The notes below the pieces were generated by a model. The model made no database searches. It was not told where the DNA came from and saw nothing but the letters and a program-made list of their open reading frames with translations. A stretch of 53,043 bases of DNA, the filler included, from Squatina squatina (lineage: Eukaryota): the NCBI GenBank assembly GCA_031763465.1. It is 3 parts of 2 records of this genome, joined end to end, with 100 filler letters (N's around TTAATTAATTAA, not from the genome) between each part and the next. Parts side by side here need not be neighbours in the genome. Positions count along the whole stretch, not along the records: positions 35,557 to 53,043 come from JARFOE010000080.1; 2 more parts are not named here. One strand, written 5' to 3'. Below, piece by piece: positions 47,635-53,043 of the stretch (position 1 is its first letter; the number at the start of each line of letters is the position of its first letter). The position numbers and the translations under genes are program-made.

Positions 47635-49072
47635 TAAGCTGCTATGACAGATACATGTTTTGCATGTAAGTCAAAGAAGAAGATATACCTGCTGAGATTT
47701 GTCCTCAATATAGATTAGGTCACTCTAAATATATGATGGGAAGAAGGATACCCAAGTCAATCTTCCTATATGAAAGAAGTGACTTACTATCCTTCTTTCC
47801 TCGATCCAAAACGTCATTCCTTTTATCCTACTTTCTATAACCTCTAATGTTACATATTTTAATCGACAATCCTATCCACCACTTTATATCGATGACAACT
47901 TTTTCATTAAAAGTCAATGCAAGAAAAAGCTGTGCCTTCACCTCAATCAAGAAAGAAATCCCCTATCTTACTGGTCCAACACAACCTCTTCCAATTTCCA
48001 CGCTAGCTACCTTTGTGGCCTCTCAGGAAGATTTGTGTTAAACTAGGGGCAGGATCTGGCACTTGCAGTGGACTGCCCAAAATCATTTCATATAGAACCA
48101 AACTCTTACATCCAGCAGAGAGAAGAGATCGATACACTAGTGTAGGCTGGATTCAGGTGCAAGTCCCGGAGGTGAGGGAATAGTCTGCTAACTCACTGAG
48201 CTAGTCAATCCCAAGATCTGTACTTTCTTTAAATCAAGCAACAGTGGCTTTGTTAAAAAGAAGAAAGGAAACTATTTTAATTAAATCATAGAAAATACAT
48301 TTAAAGAGATAATGGCCAACTGAGATCTTTAACACTCTATTTAAATCTAAAGATTTCTGCAACCCGAGGATAGAATTTAAGAACAGTTTTTGAAGTACAG
48401 CACTGCTGAAAAATATTGAACTTACAGAAATTAATTCTTGACAATCCAAAGCTAAAAAAAAGTTACTTGTATTCCTCTACAAGCCAAGTCATGTTTTGCC
48501 ATATGCGTTCAGGTCTGTTGTCATTATTACCTTTTCACCTTTGTGAGGTTATTCCTATCTTGCTCAGAGCACCTGCCTCATGTTGTTAAGGAAAGTCAAA
48601 TCAATGATGTTATTTAGAAAAATAAACTCTGGACTATATTACAAAGAAAGGAATAACAAATAAACCATAGTGAGATTCATGAGGTAATTTGATCTCCGAA
48701 TTCTGTTGACGTTGATAAACTGCTTGAGCTTCACTTTCACGGTTTGTAATATTATCAGAACTGCTCGACTGAATTACTGCCTTATAACTCACTGCCAGTC
48801 ATCCATTCTCCTTTACTTGTTGTTCACTTTTCTCTAGTCATTCAATACCTTAAGGTCAAAATGGCAATTTTATAAAGACGTATTTTTTTACATCTTTCAA
48901 ATGACAAATAACAGACAAAATACAGGTTCATGTAGAAAAGCTTTTCCATTACTAATGTTCTACAGGCAATTTNNNNNNNNNNNNNNNNNNNNNNNNNNNN
49001 NNNNNNNNNNNNNNNNNNNNNNNNNNNNNNNNNNNNNNNNNNNNNNNNNNNNNNNNNNNNNNNNNNNNNNNN

Positions 49073-50116
49073 TGAGGTGTCCACAAGGCAAGGTGCTTGC
49101 AGTCGATGGCACCCTCCACCGTGGTGAAGCTTGCAATCTCCTTGTGTATGCTCCGCCCACTTGTCTCTGGCAAGAGAGAATGAAATGAAGCTGTGCGTCT
49201 GTGTATAGAGAGCCTCAGTGACCTCTCTTATGCAGCAGTGCACTGCAAACTACGAGATGTTGCTTATATCTGCTGCAGCAGCCTGAAAACAGCCAGACAC
49301 ATAAAAGTTAAGAGCCACGGTCAACTTGACAGCCACAGGCAATGCTTCCTTGCCCTGCTTTGAGGTTGCACTTGTGGCTGCAGCAGTTTGCAGATTTCAG
49401 CCACGTCCTCCTCAGTGAAGCGAAGGTGTCTCAGGCATTGGTCCTTGTTGAAGTTAAGGTAAGAGAATTGCCCCCTAAGGACTCTCGCTGATATGGACTC
49501 CTGCTGAGAGCCCTTCTCCTTCTCCCTCTTCTAGCAGCTTGTCCTGCTCTACGTGGCCTCTGCTCATTCTCCCAGTCATGCTCAATTCCAAGAGGAAGGC
49601 CTACCAGGCCACTCGTGTCTGGAAGCAATTTGTTCCAGCATAAGCTTTAAAATGAACAAAAAAGTACTTCAGCCAGACCACCCCAGTACACTCTTGAAAC
49701 TTTAGGCAAGTACAGGAAACCTTCAAAAACACATACGCCAGCAGACAGAAGAAATAATCCTGCAACCATGTAAGTAGTTCATGATTCCTTTAAGTAGCGC
49801 TGTTGTGGAGGGGCAGGGGCATGTTGTCATTTACATTGTTTAATGTCATGTTCAGCTATGCGAGGTTAAGATAGAGCATAGGCTGGAGCATGGCATTCAA
49901 AAATGGTAGCGCTGATGTCAAATCAACTTTGCATACTGATGAACACCATACCATAACCTGCCTGCTCTGCTGGTGGTTGTTAGGTATGCGCGCACAAACC
50001 CCTTTACCAGTATGGCGCCCAGCACATGTGCATGTGCAAATCAGATGCCATTTTCTCGCATTAGGAGGTTGCATAGCGCCTAAAAAACAGGTGCTACACA
50101 GCTCAATTTTTCCCCC
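49073..50116 (-). mobile_element. PIF/Harbinger DNA transposon 5' part with decayed transposase
   Basis: Minus strand: GGGGGAAAAATTG terminus at 50116, then QFSYLNFNKDQCLRHLRF...ALPVAVKLTVALNFYVSGCFQ...HCCIREVTEAL...VEGAIDCKHLAL (first catalytic Asp motif at 49113-49099), with stops and frameshifts. Confidence 0.85.
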
Positions 50117-50604
50117 ATTGTCTATAAAAATCTTGGTGACACGTCTGCCCTCCCCATGTCAGTGCACTTCATCCTCAAGTATACGAGGGAGTATTCAGGA
50201 CAGTTTATGCACAATATAGAGCATTAACATTATGAACTGTGCCCTATCACTATTTAACAGTGGTGGTAATGCAATAAAATATCCAAGGACTTTATAATGT
50301 TATTGTAACATTAGTCAGGTGCAAATGTTCATGATTTGCTACTAAATGGGGAATTCAGTTAAAGCATGTGTTCAACTGCAAAGGAGTCATTCAAAAAGTA
50401 AATTGGTTCACCTTGAATGACTTCTTCAGGAACATTATATCCCACTGGAGTGAAATTCTGTAATAGGAACTTCACCTTAATTGTCATTTTTTTGGCTTAT
50501 AAACNNNNNNNNNNNNNNNNNNNNNNNNNNNNNNNNNNNNNNNNNNNNNNNNNNNNNNNNNNNNNNNNNNNNNNNNNNNNNNNNNNNNNNNNNNNNNNNN
50601 NNNN

Positions 50605-51100
50605 CAAGGACCGCAGGCTGAGACTACGGAGCCTGGGGCAATACCACTGGGCTACCAGGGAGACGGGTCCGGGGCCTGAAATATGCTGGCACGAAAGAGA
50701 GCACGTTGGCAAGTGGGGGCAGCGGCAATAGCGGCCAATTGGCCGCGCTGAAGTCGACCCATGGAAAAATATGGCTGCCGGTGGTGCTATCACCACACAT
50801 TTAAGCGGCCTTGGCAATGACACGGGACTTAGAGGCGAGCCATGCTCCCATTCCAGACACGGCTCGCCGGCGATGCAGAAGGGCTTTGCAGGCTGCCGTT
50901 GTGGGGTCGGCATGTGACTTGATGACGTTGTGCGCCTTACCCCGGCACTAATGGCGTCCCCGGTGAAGAGGCCTTAGCGCCGCTGGGGCGCCATGCCCAA
51001 TTCTACAGATTCATAAAATTGACATTATCGCTGCTTTAGTGCATGGGTAGCGCTACTGTTCGTGCTACTACAGGTCTAAAGCAGACCAATTGGGCCCCCC
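50605..51100. mobile_element. CpG-rich Harbinger-like non-autonomous element end
   Basis: GC-rich body ending caattgggcccccc at ~51100. Confidence 0.45.
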
Positions 51101-52100
51101 TGATGTTTTACGTCGCTGAGAGGTAAAATATGTTTTCTTAGGGTAATTTGCCTACATTCTGTTTAAATACAGAAATGTTCTTTGTTTGAAGCACTTCCTG
51201 TTTCTTGAAAACAGTTGCTCGAGTATTTGAAAAGCTGGGACATTTTCACTCTGCTGCACAATAGAAACAATCACACAGAACACTTTCTATCCCCAAATCA
51301 CAGACCACTACTAATAATCGACTGAATGGCACTCATTGTACTTTGATGATCTGCATTTAAAAGCTCTGATGTAATTTAACAGGCATCTCATTGTACTCTT
51401 AACCATTTCAAAATCTGAGCACTTACTTACCTCTCCATGTCTATACTAGTAATAAAGAAGAAAGTTTTAAACAGATTTTAATTTGCTGTGAAAGTACAGT
51501 AACACCATCTGGCTGTATACATAGCCCACATAACGTCATTGCCAGACCACTTGGTGAAGATATTGTTTAGTCCAATTTAATCATCCTTACATTTGTACTG
51601 GCAATATCATCACTATTCCACTGCATTTACACACTCAGAATCAGGCCATAATTATAAAATAAGTCACCCTGAAATCATGCTTGGGACAGAAATCCTCTCT
51701 ACTTTACAGGGCATGTTGTTTTCCCACTCATGACCTCTGCTGCAAGGACAGGTGAACGACACACAGCTTGTGTATAATATCTGAACTTTTCTGTATTTGG
51801 ACCTCAGTGACACACCATATCTGGCACTGAAATATATTCAACTAAAGCTCAGTCTCAGGGTGCAAACTAAAAAATCGAACCAGATATCTGATGGACATCA
51901 TTTGTCTGCGTACGTATAACACAGAATGTCACATAAATGAAGGAAGCACAAGACACAAATAAAGGGATTTTACATTTTTGGCCATTTTCTTGGTATTTTT
52001 NNNNNNNNNNNNNNNNNNNNNNNNNNNNNNNNNNNNNNNNNNNNNNNNNNNNNNNNNNNNNNNNNNNNNNNNNNNNNNNNNNNNNNNNNNNNNNNNNNNN

Positions 52101-52270
52101 GTGACCAAAAGCTTGTTCAAAGAGGTAGGTTTTAAGGTGCGAGAGAGAGGTAGGGAGGCGGAGAGCATTAGGGAGGGAATTCCAGAGCATGGGACCTAGG
52201 TGGCTGCAGGCACGGCCCCCAATGGTGAGGTGGAAGAAGCAGGGGAGGCATAAGAGGCCGGAGTTTCTCT
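52101..52270 (-). mobile_element. L2 LINE 3' fragment
   Basis: Reverse complement of the tail at 96-472 (IGGRA.S.LGP.LWNSLP motif). Confidence 0.75.
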
Positions 52271-53043
52271 GAGGGCGTGGATCAAGTGAGGTCAAACCAC
52301 TTCCATTCCAAAAAAAATTACTAGTATCAAAGAAATTGAAAAAAATTGGAACCTTTTCATGGTGTGAATATATACAGCTTAATACACACACACAAGAACA
52401 TAAAGATACTTCATATTGAAAATCCTTTTTAATCGGTGATACTACGTATTTTAAATATTTTTTTCAATTTTGAGACCTGATCTTTGTGAGCATTCTGACC
52501 AGCTCCCTCCCCCTCCTCACCCAACTCAGGTTGAACCCTTCACCTGAAGCTGATTATTTGTCTGATAATGACAGGGCTGCAGCATTGCCTCTGATGATGC
52601 TTTTGAACAACTAGTAAGGTTTCAGTTGGTGTGTTGCTCACATTCCTTGAGAGTGAGAAGCTCTGACAGCTTTTTTTTTTAAACTTTAAGCTGAAATGTA
52701 TATCCATTCCTTTATTAGGGTGATTACTATATGCCGGAAACATTCCTTCATTTCTTGGCTTCAAAGCTTTTACAGGAAGGAACACCTGTGTTCCGTAACA
52801 TCCAATTGTCAGCTAACAGGCTTGCTTTGATGTGTCAGGTCCCATAAACCCCTCACTGTGATCATAAATCATCTGTCTGTTGCCTGTTCAAATTAATATT
52901 TTGATGGGATTTGTTTCTCACTTTCATTAGTAAGCTGCACCATTACATTTCATCAACGTTCTCCAAGAGACACTTCTTTCCAGAGTAAAAGCGCTTGTAC
53001 AAGTGTCATTTCTAGTGATTTTTTTGTGGCACAATCACAGATC

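Noticed and set aside
1-53043. Most ORFs in the supplied track, including 11479..12159, 46730..47296 and 51867..52391
   Set aside because: They run through N gaps, use non-ATG starts, or are antisense/alternative frames of LINE and SINE fragments or of real exons.
1-53043. CRISPR array, operon or prokaryotic defence system
   Set aside because: No regularly spaced direct repeats or prokaryotic genes; the sequence is spliced vertebrate DNA. The regular 100-N blocks are gaps.

Overview
Vertebrate nuclear DNA, most likely a cartilaginous fish (shark-type SacSINE1/DeuSINE, CR1, L2, Penelope and Harbinger repeats). The assembly is very fragmented: 1-3 kb contigs separated by fixed 100-N gaps. Two artificial spacers (N44-TTAATTAATTAA-N44 at 18954-19053 and 35457-35556) split the window into three probably unlinked scaffolds. 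Segment 1 (1-18953) holds scattered exons in the conserved order IPO5(+), FARP1(+), STK24(-), DOCK9(-). Segment 2 (19054-35456) holds three kinesin-8 motor exons (KIF18B-like), plus a retroviral-type 5' LTR with a perfect tRNA-Ser primer binding site and leader. Segment 3 (35557-53043) has no gene I can recognise; it is repeats (including two decayed Harbinger transposase copies) and unique non-coding DNA. There is no prokaryotic system or CRISPR array. Best leads: (i) an intact ~267-codon Ser/Pro-rich terminal exon upstream of the FARP1 DH exon, suggesting a GEF-less isoform; (ii) three G.U-rich, strongly base-paired segments in IPO5 introns (candidate sno/scaRNA-like or regulatory RNAs); (iii) the ERV-like LTR with an R-region hairpin, splice donor and possible decayed pre-gag ORF. 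All gene calls are from my recollection of vertebrate protein sequences, not database searches. RNA pairings were read by eye, and repeat boundaries are approximate.
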